DNA of 64,000 nt, taken from the NCBI GenBank assembly GCA_000182565.2, contig KQ257456.1; one strand, written 5' to 3'. Position numbers and translations under genes: made by a program. The stretch is from Spizellomyces punctatus DAOM BR117 (lineage: Eukaryota). This document shows positions 27,375 through 46,338 of the stretch, in pieces; within the stretch, counting starts at the first letter, position 1, and each line of letters opens with the position of its first letter. The notes beneath the pieces are model-generated. The model was not told the DNA's origin. It saw only the letters and a program-made list of their open reading frames with translations, and did not search any database.

Positions 27375-30300
27375 TTATCCCAAACTCTTTCGCCCAGCAG
27401 CATGCACCCGAACAATGACTTGTCCCCGCCTCGCAGTCTCCCTCTCCTTGCCAGTAATAACATGCATCTTCTTTGCATCCGAATGCACATCAAACATTTT
27501 CTCGTCTTCTGGGTAATCTCCTTCTGCAACTTTTGGGTCCCCCGTCGCACCTCGGACGCGTGTGCGCCCTTGTTCGGTCAATGCAAAGAATTCATCAAAT
27601 TTCTTGGGGTACTTTGAGTAATGGACTTTGATTCGCCAATCTGTCTCGCCCAGTGGGGAATAGTAGAGTGCGCGGGCCTTGTACCAGAGGGGTATACCCT
27701 CTTGCTCGCTAAACACTTCAATAGAGTCGCCAAAATGGAGATTAAAGAAAAAGCCGTTGCTCGGATCGCCGAGGACAGGGCGGTTCGTTTCCGGATCGAG
27801 AATGAATTGAGTTATTGTTGTTGTTGTTGTTGTTAATGAGGTTGTGGTTGCGGTCGCTTCGACGGGTGAGCCAGAGCCTTCAACGTCAATTTCTTGCTGT
27901 GATTCGTGGGATAGGGACGTGGATTGAGGATATGAATTGGGTTGATTTTGGGAAGTATGAGCAGTGTCCTGCACTTGAGGAGATCCAGGATTTAATACTC
28001 CTTTTGGAGACATTTCCACTCTGGTGGGTACCATCGTCCAGTTGGCCGGTATGGCTTCCGTATGTGTTGGATGAGCTTGAGGAACAACGATACCACCCAT
28101 CAATTCCTCTTCTTCTTCTTCTTCTTCGTCGTCATCATCATCATGATTCTCATCTTGGCCTCGCATATTCACAGCCTTGTTTGACGCCGGGCCATTTGTA
28201 AAAGTCGTTGCCAATGATTTGGCCGGCACTGGGGATGCCGTCCCCTCCATAGAATCCAATTCCATATCAACATCCATGTCATCGGGAGCTTCAGTGTCCT
28301 GTTGAGGAACAGGAGACGCATCTCGACCACCATCAATCTCCTTTTGGGCGACATTAAATACCAATTCTCGGGTCGCGTTTGAAGGCTGCGATACATCGTC
28401 GCCTCTCACCGTAATCACGCGGAACGTGTATCCAATGACTGAACGCTTGTCCTGATGATCTGCCCATCGTCTGCGCTTCAAGCCAGATGTGTGCCCGTTT
28501 TGTCGTTGGTCACAATTGGATTTGATCAGTTTTTCATGCAGATCTTGAGGTAAACCTGTCCACTGACTTTCCCGTCCCTCCCATATTGCCTGCCACTCCC
28601 CATGCCAGTCACTCGCCGCCTCCCCACCAGCTGCAATACAGTCGATGCCATTCTTGTCGCTCCGGACAATAGCATCCGTTCTTACAACCGAGCTCCTTCT
28701 CCGCTTCTTGATGACCCTTTCCTCCTCAATATCCTCTTGTGCTGATGATATGCGGTATCGGATTTCCACACGATACGTCGTGCCTATTGGGTCAATGCTG
28801 CTTCCTCGAGGTGATTCCCATGTGAGGACAATGTGCGGTTTTTCTACAAATGAGGAGACACCATCGGTAGAGAGAGTATTCTCGTCTACAGGTGATTCCA
28901 CAGGGGTCCAGGGAACTAGTGCTATTTGAACATTGTTTGGTGGCAGAGCGGGTTCTAAGACAGAGCACCTATGAGTAGCTGATATGGCTTTTTTCATGCG
29001 TCTCAATAATCTCGTACGACTTACCCAGCCCAACGGGACGAACGATACAGAAACCAGGCCGAGAGTAATCTCCTTCTGCCGCTTCTGCATCCCAATCCGA
29101 ACTCTTACCCGCCCATCCCACGGTCACCACCCGAACAATGTATCCCACATCATCCGACAACGCGTGAACACTTTTATCCGCAATGATAAATCCCCTGACA
29201 GTCGCTGTCTTCAAAGGGCCCTTGTAAACAGATGCCCACCAGCCTGGTGAATCTGACGCTCGTCGGATCAAAACTTCGTAGGTACGATCATTAGGCGATG
29301 AGCGATTAGGCGCCCATTCAACGTTCAAACATCCTCGAACCCGTGTTGCGGTCACAAAATCTGGAGGTAATGGTGGACCTAGATCAAGATGCCATATGTC
29401 GTCTGCCAGGGTGAAACATTTGCTGCCGTTCAAAGAGTATCCCAGCTCGCCCATGTAGATATAGAGTCGTTCGCCAACCTGCAAAGAGTCCATATCAGCT
29501 ACCTGTCCTTATGACACAGTATGTATGGGTTGCGCAATCACGTACCACCGCTGCCCCATGATCGGCTCGGGGTGCTGGTTTGTGCGTCGAATTCAAAGCT
29601 ATAGGACCTGCCCATGTTGCAGACTCTGAAAAGCACAGTTAATAACTTACGATACAGCTCACTAACAAAAGACTTCCTTACCAATGTCGAACGCGTATAC
29701 ATCACCCGAATGCCTTGGCAGCGGTATGTCGGCTTGCAGGCCCTCCTGTCCTCCAAACACAATCATTTTGCCGTTATAGACACATGCAGTGTGTTTGGAG
29801 CGACCTGGTGGCTTTGGCCCTTGTATTGGCGGATGTATCCACTCCCATCGGTCTATACGTAGACGATGCAATGTAAGCAGAGTTACGTTGGGCAAAAGGT
29901 AACGCGTCCACATACCTAGATCCAAAAAGACAACGTCATCCAATCTCAATGCCCGATCAACGGCTCGCTCATCAGGCCTCATCCCGCCATACATCACCAG
30001 TCTTCTCCATCGCCCGTGCCGCTCCGCCCAGTATACCGTAGAATGTGCTTCCCGGGGAGAAGGCGGTTTTCCTTTGAGAGGAGGCCTACTCCATTCCATC
30101 GTCCGAAGGTTATATACATACGTGTCGTTCAAGTATTCATTAGGGAACGTGTAGCCACCGAAAAGTAGCAGCAGCGGATCTGTGCTATCGGTTGCTGGTA
30201 AATAAGTTAGAGTTGCTCCAACGCGGGGACTGGGTGGGGTACCGGATGCTTTCAAGCGAGTGAATGACTGATCCTTTGCATCATATCGCAGTAGCTGTAA

Positions 30301-30865
30301 AAGAAGAAGAGTTTCAGCGTTCATCCCGATGGTAGATTCACAAAACACACTCGTACATCGTTTGTCACTCCATCTCCTTTGTCGGTCGTCACAAACCCCC
30401 CAAAAATATATACAAATTCATCATGACTGGTAACGGCCATACTGGCTGCAGGGGCAATGTCACTCTCTGTCGGATTTAGAGTAGGCTTCCTCTTACGGCT
30501 CTTGTCGGGCAGTCGATTCCAAGATGAAGCCTCTTGATACAAGGACACACAATATGACACAATTAGCACAGATCCTCTTAATGATATTCCCCAACTCAAC
30601 CGCATTCCACACCTGCATCATACGCAAAGCAGTCGGCAAGAAGGTTTTGCGTATCGGATCCCCACAGTAATATTACTTTGGTTATCATGTCCTCCCGATT
30701 CAATCTTTCCCTCCCACTCTCAGAGCGTCCGTTTGAAGCCTTGGATCCATGTGAAGCATCTGCACTGTTTCGATAGCGGACGACGGCACACTTGTGCCCG
30801 TGCCGTGCGCAAGGGCGAGTAGATCCCTTCACGTCTGCTTTGACCCACCGCCCTTGGACGCCCAT
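27375..30865 (-). CDS. Host cell factor-like protein: Kelch repeats + FN3-like domains + C-terminal Tudor/chromo-barrel
   Basis: RPCARHGHKCAVV, PPSPREAHSTVYW...LVMYGGM, PPGRSKHTACVYNGKMIVFGG, DDIWHLDLGPPLPP..LNVEWAP, and GDSIEVF...WYKAR...IKVHYSKYPKKFDEFF. Confidence 0.75.
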
Positions 30866-31816
30866 GGGGATTTGGAGGAGTGGGACAGTCAATGTTGCAA
30901 ACGCCACCCAGCGATGATGCTCGACGAGATTGGACTAGAGTTGTGTGCGAGAACACACACACTCGTACAGACGCCAGGGTTCCCGATGAGTAGTCGAAGC
31001 AGCGCACAAAGTGGAAACTAATTTGCTAGGTTTAACGCCTCTGTCGGTAATGCGAGCTCCTTGCCGTAAACCCGTTGAGTAGCCAAAGGTAATGTGTTGT
31101 CAACAGTAGCGATCCAAAAGGTATTTCAGGCTGCCGATGCTCGACCAGCAACAAAGGTCTCACACTCAGATTGTCCTTTTGTTGCCATGACATTAAAGTA
31201 TTTGTACGGTGACTTTGCCACTATACTCAAAAGTCGTTCTCGTCCCAAATAAGCTCCTAGAAGGTGGCGTGAATGACAGGCAAGGTGAGATGTGAAATGC
31301 AAAAGGGAGCAAGATTCATGATATGAGCTATTGCGTTATGAGCTGTGCATCGTCATTTGATATTAATAATGTGTGTGTGTGTGTGATTTGTGTGTGGTCA
31401 TGGTGGTGCATGAGGCCATGGGGTGTGGACCACCGTCGTTTTCTCTTGCCATGCGTAAGCCATGCGGTATAGCCAAAGCGTATCGCCAATGCTACCCAAT
31501 GCGTTCTCTCCATACAGTTGGCTGCATGTGTTCATAAGTCGTTCATAAATGTCTTGCAATCTCCATAAATAAACGGAAAGCAAAGCGCCTTGTGATTCCT
31601 CACATGACACACGTCAATCTGAATCAAATCAGCGTGTGTTGTGTGTTGGGTTGTGATGAACGGAACGCTTGTCCTTCCGGGTGCTTTTTGGCTGTGGGTT
31701 TTTTGTGTGTGTGTGTTTTTTTTTATAACGCTCGAGCTGGACTTGCAGCAGCAGCAGCAGTAGTTTGGTTTTTGCCTTTCTTTGAATATCCAACAAGCAA
31801 GCGATTGACAGATATC

Positions 31817-32455
31817 ATGCCTGCCCCGCTTATCATCACATCGGCAGGCATCGCTGCTGGGGCAGCTGCCTACGCTGCATACCACACCCGCCGCAACTCT
31901 GCATCCGCTGTGCCTCCATCACCCTCTGCGCTTCTCGCTTCCTCACCATCCTCCCAGTTCGCTCCAGGCTCCCTACCTTCTCCATCAGACACAACACAGC
32001 CTAGTTTTCTTCCTTCCCCCTCCTCAACGTCATCTCACACTGCTACATTTGCCAAATCCGCGCCAGCTACCGGCGGCTTTCTCTTGTCATATGGGAAACT
32101 ACGGAGACTGGACGAGGAGGATGTTGTGGAGTCGAGCTCTGCTCGGGAACCGTGGCTAGGACACAGGAGGTGCGGGTTTCTGTGATATCTCCCAAAGGGA
32201 GTTGTGGCAGGGTGCAAGGGTTTTGTGTGCAGTGCCGATGCACAATGGTAAACACTCGTCTGACAGATTCTTTTGGTCTTTTTTTTGGCACACAGATCAC
32301 CTACCCCAGGCGCCCCGCCAGGCGGTCCACCAAGCCCAAAAGGTCAACAAGCAAAGCTGTATCGCAAGCGCGCAGCCTCCTCCCCAAACACAAGCCTGAC
32401 TACTACTGAACCCGAAACTGCACAAGCCGAGTTTTGGAAAGAGCGTTTCTTTTAG
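31817..32455 (+). CDS. Hypothetical Ser/Pro-rich small protein with N-terminal hydrophobic anchor, 2 exons
   Basis: MPAPLIITSAGIAAGAAAYAAYHTRR... splices in frame to RSPTPGAP...EFWKERFF*. Confidence 0.5.
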
Positions 32456-33021
32456 ACTTGTTTATACTTTTTGTTGCCTTGGGTTTGAAAGAAAGGCAAA
32501 AGCACCCATGCAAGGGTCCCATAATGATCATGCAAAAAAATACAAAAGATTCTTTGTTTATCCTTGGCTGTTGCTTGTTTGTTTTGTTTGAGTGTGTGCT
32601 GTCCTTGTACAAACCTTTTGTCATTCAAGCGTCGTCGTCGTCGTCCGTCCGTCCGTCCGTTTCGGCAGAAAAAAAAAAAAGAACACCTCATGACATAAGT
32701 GTGAAATCGCGTTTCAACCCACTTTTCAACACTTGTTTCCAAATTCCTTTCTTGGCCGCGTCTCAAAACGGAGCGTCGCAAAAGAAAAAGTGGAAATGGA
32801 GCAAAATGTGCTTACGGAAAGCGGAGTTGATATTGGGTCATGGCTTTGTACTGCCGTGGATGCCGATACGCTTGAGCGGTTTGGTTTGAGGTGACTCGCC
32901 GCCGCCATCGTTTGTTTTCTTTGATGGATCGACTTTAAATTGGGATGAACGTCTCGTCCTCCCCCCTCCGTCGTCCTTGTCCACCATTTGTTCAACTCAT
33001 ATTTTTACAGAGCATTTTATC

Positions 33022-34088
33022 ATGTCGCTATATCCAAGGTAAATTCTTTGTTTTTTTTTTTTAACCCTAAAAAAGCCAGTTGCCTATTTTTTTATTTTTT
33101 AAACTTTTTAGTTGCACGTCTCCAGCGTTTACCACGACGGCCCCTAATCTCCCTCCACACATGGATGCCCGCTCAAAGCGAAAGTGTAGTGAATTCTTTG
33201 GAGAAGACGTCCTCCCTTTCAACATGGGTAAAGGGTCGTCTCGGAAGCTATGGGCATACCTCGCTGGAGTGGGCGTAACAGGCAACAAGCGGGCTAGCTG
33301 GCCAACAGCTGGTTTACCTACAGAAGAGGTTGTCGAGGTTCCTAGAAGTTCTACTCCCGTCCAACATTCAGCATCCGTTACTTGGTCTCCTCTAGTAAGG
33401 TCCTCCACCAGAAAGCTGGCAGACATTATGGGCGAATCGTGTCCACTCGATGTGTGTGTTCGTGATATCGAGGAAGGAGGGTTGGAGGTTATGCTCGAAA
33501 GCCGGTTACCCTTGATTTATTTCCTATCTCACCTCCTTGCTGAACATACCGCTGAATCTTTGGTAAGAGAAAAATGGCTCGCATGCTGTTGCATATTTCG
33601 ATTCTTACTTTTCTTGTTTCTAGTTTTTTACACATGACATGAAATCCTTTGCCCAATCCTCCTTCCCTACTACCGCCTCCCTCCTCCATCATTCCCAAGA
33701 CCTCTTCTCCACCTATCTCGACGCTGCCAGCGTCCTTGAAATCAACGTCTCCCAATCCACCCGCCGAATCGTCGCCACAAACATTCGACACCGCAAAGGT
33801 ATCGCAGCCTTTGATCATGCCGTAGTGCAAGTCAAGAAGCTCTTGGAACAGGCTTGGACCCGATTCAAAGAATCGAGAACCTGGTCTACGATGAAGGCCG
33901 ATTTGGGACATTCTAGAATCATTACAAACGAGTCAGAATACAAGGCAAAAGCGACCTTGTATTCTGTTCTGGCTAAACAGTATAATCCTGCTACAGTCGG
34001 AGAAGATCCTGCGAGAGTGCTTTTAGTAAGGAAAAAGACAAAGGAAGTAGTCGCGAGTTTGGGTATCGAGCTGGGCATGGCTCTTTAG
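33022..34088 (+). CDS. RGS domain protein (regulator of G-protein signalling)
   Basis: YFLSHLLAEHTAESL / LFSTYLDAASVLEINVSQSTRR / FDHAVVQVKKLLEQAWTRFKES match RGS helices. Two introns. Confidence 0.8.
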
Positions 34089-34839
34089 ACGAGTTTTCCG
34101 CAGGCTCCATTGTTTTTTATATATAGAGGAACTTTTTTTGTGTGTATCATATCATTGTTTTCTACTGTTAACTTATATAGATAGTTACAAGTGTAAAATG
34201 TACAATTTCCATACAGTATATACTAGTAGTACGTTGATGTCGGGTCCGTTTTGCTTGCTTACACACCCAAACCTGCGCTTAATACCACAAGCACACGTTT
34301 CGGCAAGCTTACGCTGCTGTGCGAGCTTGCTAATAAAAAAAACAACAACAGATTGGAAGATCGACCGACTTGCAAGCGTCCACGGCGGTCGCGCGGTCGC
34401 CCCGTCGTCGCGGTAAACGTCCCCACTTTAGCAAAACGGCGAGCTGCGCGGCCGTAACTTTTTTTTGTTTTTTACTTTGCGCGGTCGTGCGTTGATCGTG
34501 AACGACAAAAACTAGAAACGCAGAGGGAATGGAGGACTAGATGGCAAGATGAAAAGTAATAATATGGGATGGGTACGGATGGTGTTTGCACACTTGGATG
34601 TGGAAAAGTCACCTCAAAGGGAGGACGAAGTAAAAAAGTCAAAAAAAGAATGTCGGCTTGACTGTATCGTTAAGGACAAGACCTGTGAATCTGCTGCTCT
34701 CGTTGGGCAGAAACTTGTCCGCATAGGAATCGTTCATTGGGGGACTCGTGATAAAAGGAGGAACTACAAGTTCCTTTCAAGTCCGTGTCAAGTAAGCGCA
34801 TCCATCCATTGACCCTGTCAACCACCCAAAAAAGACGCA

Positions 34840-40556
<5,717 letters not shown>

Positions 40557-41142
40557 AATAGAACATGGCACTATATCGATCATAAATACAACCATCAAAC
40601 GGAAATAGGCTCAAAGGCAACCAGTGGACTTCAACGGGTGGCCAAAGATCTCGCCGCTGCCTTTCCCAAACCCGCTTTTTGTCCTATTCTTTGTACCTTT
40701 CTGTCCGACATTCATCCCGCGAATGCTCGTCGGTGGAGCGGGATGCTTGCGGGTCCCCGGCAGCTCGTCAGTCCCGTCGTCACAAAAAATCCAAAGAGCT
40801 CCGGTGAATCCACAAAATCAGGATAGTTTGGCTCCAATGAAAATAGAATTATATACAGCATTGGATACAATGGCATGAATCACTGAAATGTGATCGGTTG
40901 GAATGCAGCATGGAGAACCTCCGGCCAGGCGGACAAAACGACTTGCCACAGAAGTTTGTCTTTTGGCCATTTGTCATTTACTTTTTGAGGGTGTTTTCTG
41001 GAATTATCTTCAGGTAAAAGGAGCTGATAAATAAGTTCTTTGCCATTTCTCTTCCTCCCGCTTTTATAACTCACTAGTGCATTGTTGCTTCGATACCCTT
41101 TTATTTTTCTTATTGAAAGTAGCTTGTAACTCATCACACACC

Positions 41143-42302
41143 ATGGCACCCATCAACGGAACTCCACAAACGCACTACAAGGTCGTCATTATCGGGTCTG
41201 GCCCTGCAGGACACACTGCTGCCATTTACTTGGCACGCGCCAATCTCGAGCCAGTCATGTTTGAAGGCTTTTTGGCCGCGGGTGTTGCTGCAGGTGGTCA
41301 ACTTACCACCACGACAGAAATTGAAAACTTTCCTGGCTTTCCAGCTGGTTTATCTGGCCCTGAGCTCATGGACGCTATGAGGAAGCAGTCAGAAAAGTTT
41401 GGTACCAAGATTTTCACAGAAACTATATCCAAGGTTGATTTCTCCGCGCGGCCATTCAAATTGTGGAGAGAAGGCAGTGATACCGAGGAAAAGGATGCCA
41501 TTCTCGCTGACTCAGTGGTTATTGCGACGGGTGCAACAGCCAAGAGAGTATGTTGTCGCTATTCTGTGTCTATTTTGTGATTTTCATTGGACTAAAGCTG
41601 TGAATTGACAGTTGCACATTGCCGGAGAAGATGTCTTTTGGCAAGCCGGGATCTCAGCTTGCGCTGTCTGCGATGGAGCTGTCCCAATTTTCCGTAACAA
41701 GCGTAAGTGTTACGGCGACATGCTTGCTGTACTTGATCTTACTCGATCAATAACTCATCTCCTGTTTTCTTTAATTTTTAGCTCTTGTTGTTGTTGGTGG
41801 AGGCGACTCTGCATCAGAGGAAGCCACTTTCTTGACAAAATACGCATCAAAAGTTTACGTCCTTGTTCGTCGTGACAAGCTGCGTGCCTCAAAGGTGATG
41901 GCTGATCGTTTGTTGGCCCACCCCAAGGTTGAGGTCCTCTGGAACAAGATCCCCATCGAAGCCAAGGGCGACCGCCTGTTGAAACAACTCGTCATTGAGG
42001 ACACCCAGACAAAGGAACAAACGACACTGGATGTCAATGGTCTGTTCTATGCCATTGGTCACACCCCCAACACTGCCATTTTCAAAGGACAGCTTGAATT
42101 GGATGATGTGGGTTACATCAAGGTCCGCCCCAACCAAGGTGTGCCATCGACATATACGAACATTGAGGGTGTCTTTGCTGCGGGTGATGTGCAGGATAAG
42201 ACCTACCGTCAAGCTATCACTGCTGCTGGCTCTGGATGTATGGCCGCTTTGGATTGTGAGAGGTGGCTTGAGGCCCAACACTTTGCCGAGCAACAGCAGT
42301 AG
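41143..42302 (+). CDS. TRR1: Thioredoxin reductase (low-MW type)
   Basis: [30 protein letters not shown], active site [36 protein letters not shown]. Two introns. Confidence 0.97.
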
Positions 42303-43025
42303 AGTTTAGGATAGTAATGATATAGAAAATCCTTTCTTTTGCATGTACCACACTCTCTAGTATCATTAATATTGCAGCGTCACTTTTTTTTTTTGCCAGA
42401 CCTGTTCTTTCATTGCGATTGACATTATGAGATGTGATATTCGTATTCCTTGGTTGTCCCTGGTCATGGGGGCTTGGCGCGCTTAGGTAATGTCGGAGCA
42501 TCCGTGGCCATACCGTGGTAGTTGGGCGGTCCGTCCTATGATCAACCTTTGGGGTTTACGTTTTGCGTCTTTGTCGTGCATCTGAATCTACGTCATTGTT
42601 GTTATATGGCATATGCCATGTTCTAGAATATTTAATGTAACGCCTAGCGTGGAGCGTCCCTCACAATACAATAGTTTACCACAAATTAAAAGAACCTTGG
42701 ACAACAGCCGTCTGGTAATGTTTGGTGATCCGCCTCATTTCGGGATTCTCACTGTTCCATTTAAGCTCCGTATAAGAGCTGTGCTACGGTATCATGGAGG
42801 GCCAAATATGAGGGTCTCCGAGTGTACCTTCAGAAACGCCATTCACGCGGCTTTCCCCCATTTACTAGCAGCTTCTCCCAACAGAAATCATATGTAATTT
42901 TCTCGGCGAATTCGCTTTTCCTATGCGTACTTGTGTTATAAATTACTTGGTGATTTTGCGTAGACGTTTTCATTTAGTATAGAGCTTCACCAACCCGGCC
43001 TTTGGGGTCGCGGGGCCACCCATTG

Positions 43026-44350
43026 ATGACCGAATCTATCGCCATATCGTTTGAACCCTACCCAGGCCAGCCGATGCCCAAGGGCTCTGCGGTTGTTGCC
43101 AATGACATCATTGCCTTCTACGCTATACACTCTGCTGCCATACTCGCAATATCCTTGTCTTTGATCGGCTGTACATTTGTCATTGGAAGGAGTTTGTATC
43201 TACGAAGCTTTGCAACGTTGTATGAACGGTTTCCTCTATACTTGGCCTTTGCGGACCTTATGTTTGCAGGTATGTTTGCATAGTGTTATTAATGGTCCAA
43301 ATGGTTTCAAAAAATGACCTCTTGACGTCTGAAACCTCCGTAGCCACCCACATAGCAGACCATCTGCAAGTGGTCGTCACCAAGCACTACCCATCACCGA
43401 CCTATTGTAGACTACTGGGCGTCCTCGTTGCTCTCGGATGGGGTTACTCAATGTTAGTCAATGCAAGCCTTGCGGCGCAGTGTTGGTTACGAACCGTAAA
43501 GCACATTCATCTGGATCTCGGGGCGTACGAATGGAAGCTCCAGGCGCTGGTACTGACGTTCTTGACTCTCATGATATCGATTGGGTTGGCGATTGATGGT
43601 TTCGGAGTGGGCCCTTATTACATCATCTTTAAGACAACATCGCCGGGGGGAATAGGGATTTGGATATTCTTTGGTATGTTCCCTGAGAGTATGGATATAT
43701 TTGTCAGTTAAACTCACGAGGTAACTGAGTAGGGAACATTGTTGTCCCAGCTGTTGCATCCGTTAGTGCACTTGCAGGCTACTCTACGCGCAAACACATA
43801 CGGAATTTGCTCGACGAGCTAAACTCGTACGTAAAAGATGATGCATCGCTACGCATGTCGACGCATACAGCAGATCTTCGTATGGTAAGACGACCATCAA
43901 ACACTCTAGGAACGTCTTCGAATCTAATATATTGTCACTTTTTAGTTGAATTTTATTATTGTGAGCTTGTTGCAATACGTTCCAGTCATTTTCATGACAA
44001 ATATGATGCTGTTCAACGACGATGGAAAGCTGGCAAACAAGGTTTCATATTTCATTGGTTAGTCCAACGAGCCTACCTTTCTCAGTATTTGGGGATCAAA
44101 TAATTCAACAATTTCATCTACTCGGACAGGTGTCCTGCTAGGGAATTCGGGTGGAGCCTTCAACTTTCTGGTGTATATGATGAACGAGCGAGCGACATGT
44201 ACCAGTAAGACGTCCAAGGAAGAAGGACGTACAATGAGAGAGGCTGTTCCTAGTTTTGTTTGCCAGGCACAATGGAACAAGAGCCAATCGCCAGTTACAC
44301 ATATCCCTGGTGATGACATTGGCACACCAGATGCCTGGGCAGAAGAGTAA
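43026..44350 (+). CDS. 7TM GPCR-like receptor (Git3/cAMP-receptor-like)
   Basis: Seven hydrophobic segments across about 5 exons; ERFPLYLAFADL (TM2), CRLLG (TM3), TM7 LGNSGGAFNFLVY. Confidence 0.68.
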
Positions 44351-44635
44351 TTTCAAGTGTTGCCTTTATCGGGGGGTTATTTTTTTACATGTATGCAAAT
44401 ATACCCATAATCTTAATGCAATATTCAAGAATGTATAATCTCAATGCGAAGCTCTCATGCATCTACTTTGGGCGCTTCCTCAACCGCCTTAACGTTCCTA
44501 GTTTTGAAAAATGCCATGGTTGACTGGCAGCGTTCATAGCATGTGGTAAGCACGACGCGCCCCCAAATCCCGCTCTGGAAATCAACTGTTTTGGTAATCC
44601 TCGGCGTGGACTCTTTTCTTTGGCTGAACACCATC

Positions 44636-45994
44636 ATGACGCCCTCCAATTCCCATGTCTTGACTCTCTGCTTGCTATTACTCACCCTAACAAGCCTATT
44701 ATCAACATCAGCAACACCCTTCAACACTCGTTACGAGCTTGACCCGTCGTCCCTCCACACCCACACCCCTCGCTACCACCGTACAAGTGCCCGACCTCAC
44801 AAGCGTCAACACTCCCCAACTCCACCATCAAATAAGAGCATCATTTTGGACTTTCAATGTAACCTTCCTGGTCAAGTATCCACTTGGGACAACGAAAAGG
44901 TTGGGTTGCCGCGAGAAAGTGACAATACGTGTACAAAAGCCCATGCCACCTTTCTACGTGCCATTGAAAGATTACAAAGGGTGATTTATTTTCAAATACC
45001 TATTCGACTTCAAGCTCGCTTTGCCTCGCTCTGTCCGTCCGACTCTACTATCGCCTCCTGCCGCGCCAAAATGGATGTTTTGGGATCCGCTGGGCCATCA
45101 GCATGGCATGGATGGGATCCATCTGCGGCACAGGCGCTGGGTGTAGACCCAGACTATCTGTACCCATCTGCATTGGCAAAGCAGTACGCTCCTGATGAGT
45201 TTGATGGGCAAACACCAGACATCTCTGCCTCATTTAATTCGGATCCGTTGTGGTGGTTTCCGACCATAGAACACCCTATAGGGTCCCCGAATGATAACGA
45301 ATGGAATGCAGATCAGGCTTGGACGAAGCAATGGGGAAACATTCAACAGTACCTTCCTGTTAAACTAAAAGGCAAAGTATTCGATTTCGAGCAAATCGTT
45401 CTGCACGAACTCATACACGGTCTCGGGTTCATTTCATCGTGGTATACCTGGATTGACGGTGACAGTATTCTACCCTCATCTTTGGATACAGCAGCCAATG
45501 GAACAGTGCTGGGGCTGACGAAACCGTATCTATTTAATAAGTGGATGGCAGATACGGCCAATGGTGTGTGGATGAAAGAGTATGAAGCTCAGATAATTGC
45601 AGCCGCATATCAGATTGCACAAACACTTCCGGACGACGCAATATGGACGCAGGCGTTCAAGGCGTCAGATGCATATAAGCTTCCAGTAAGACTGTTTGAC
45701 ACAATTGCGACGACCCCTGGCGCAATTGCCATATACTACCCTGTGCGCTCATACGTCGATAATGTTGTGCTACGGTACGCCGTCTTGCATACCCCATCCG
45801 AATTCTCAGATGGTAGCACGTTCAGCCATGTGGATTCAGGAGCATACTCTGGCACGGGGTCATATTTGATGAGACCCTTTGGCACACCCTCGACGGGATT
45901 AGACGCTATGCGACCGGTTGGTGAACCGATAGATGAGGTGGTTTTGGGGATTCTAAGAGCCATGGGATATGCAACTGCGTTGACACCTTTATAG
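44636..45994 (+). CDS. Secreted zinc metalloprotease (HExxH zincin)
   Basis: Signal peptide, KR propeptide site, LHELIHGLGF, downstream SHVD...YLMRP. Intronless. Confidence 0.75.
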   Translation: MTPSNSHVLTLCLLLLTLTSLLSTSATPFNTRYELDPSSLHTHTPRYHRTSARPHKRQHSPTPPSNKSIILDFQCNLPGQVSTWDNEKVGLPRESDNTCTKAHATFLRAIERLQRVIYFQIPIRLQARFASLCPSDSTIASCRAKMDVLGSAGPSAWHGWDPSAAQALGVDPDYLYPSALAKQYAPDEFDGQTPDISASFNSDPLWWFPTIEHPIGSPNDNEWNADQAWTKQWGNIQQYLPVKLKGKVFDFEQIVLHELIHGLGFISSWYTWIDGDSILPSSLDTAANGTVLGLTKPYLFNKWMADTANGVWMKEYEAQIIAAAYQIAQTLPDDAIWTQAFKASDAYKLPVRLFDTIATTPGAIAIYYPVRSYVDNVVLRYAVLHTPSEFSDGSTFSHVDSGAYSGTGSYLMRPFGTPSTGLDAMRPVGEPIDEVVLGILRAMGYATALTPL

Positions 45995-46338
45995 ATAGTG
46001 TAGATACAGATCTTGTTCTTATTGCCCACGAAGAGGCCAATCAAAGTAGCGTAAAGATTTGGCGCGAAAATCTGGCCCATGCACATATACTGGAATGGTA
46101 ATAGCTCCAGCAATCATCCATGTTCCCAAGACTGAAAGCTCTTGTTATCCCCTTGCGAGCCCATCCTTAGCCTGGACCACCATTAGGGCTTCCAGGCCTG
46201 ACTGCACCACACAGATATGTGATTACATTACATTGTGCTGCCTAAGAGCCTCTTAGGTAAAACTACAGATATGACGAGTAATCCGCACGCTACTCGGACT
46301 CTCGAAGCCAACCATGTGCTTAGTCGCCGGATATCCAT

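Noticed and set aside
28950-29030. Apparent frameshift between ORFs of the HCF-like gene (similar cases near 10800-10875 and 5190-5250)
   Set aside because: Each is resolved by a canonical GT-AG intron.
41143-42302. Selenoprotein thioredoxin reductase
   Set aside because: Low-MW type with CAVC; no C-terminal GCUG motif or in-frame UGA.
42500-42545. atccgtggccatacc resembling the 5' end of 5S rRNA
   Set aside because: Similarity does not extend beyond about 15 nt.
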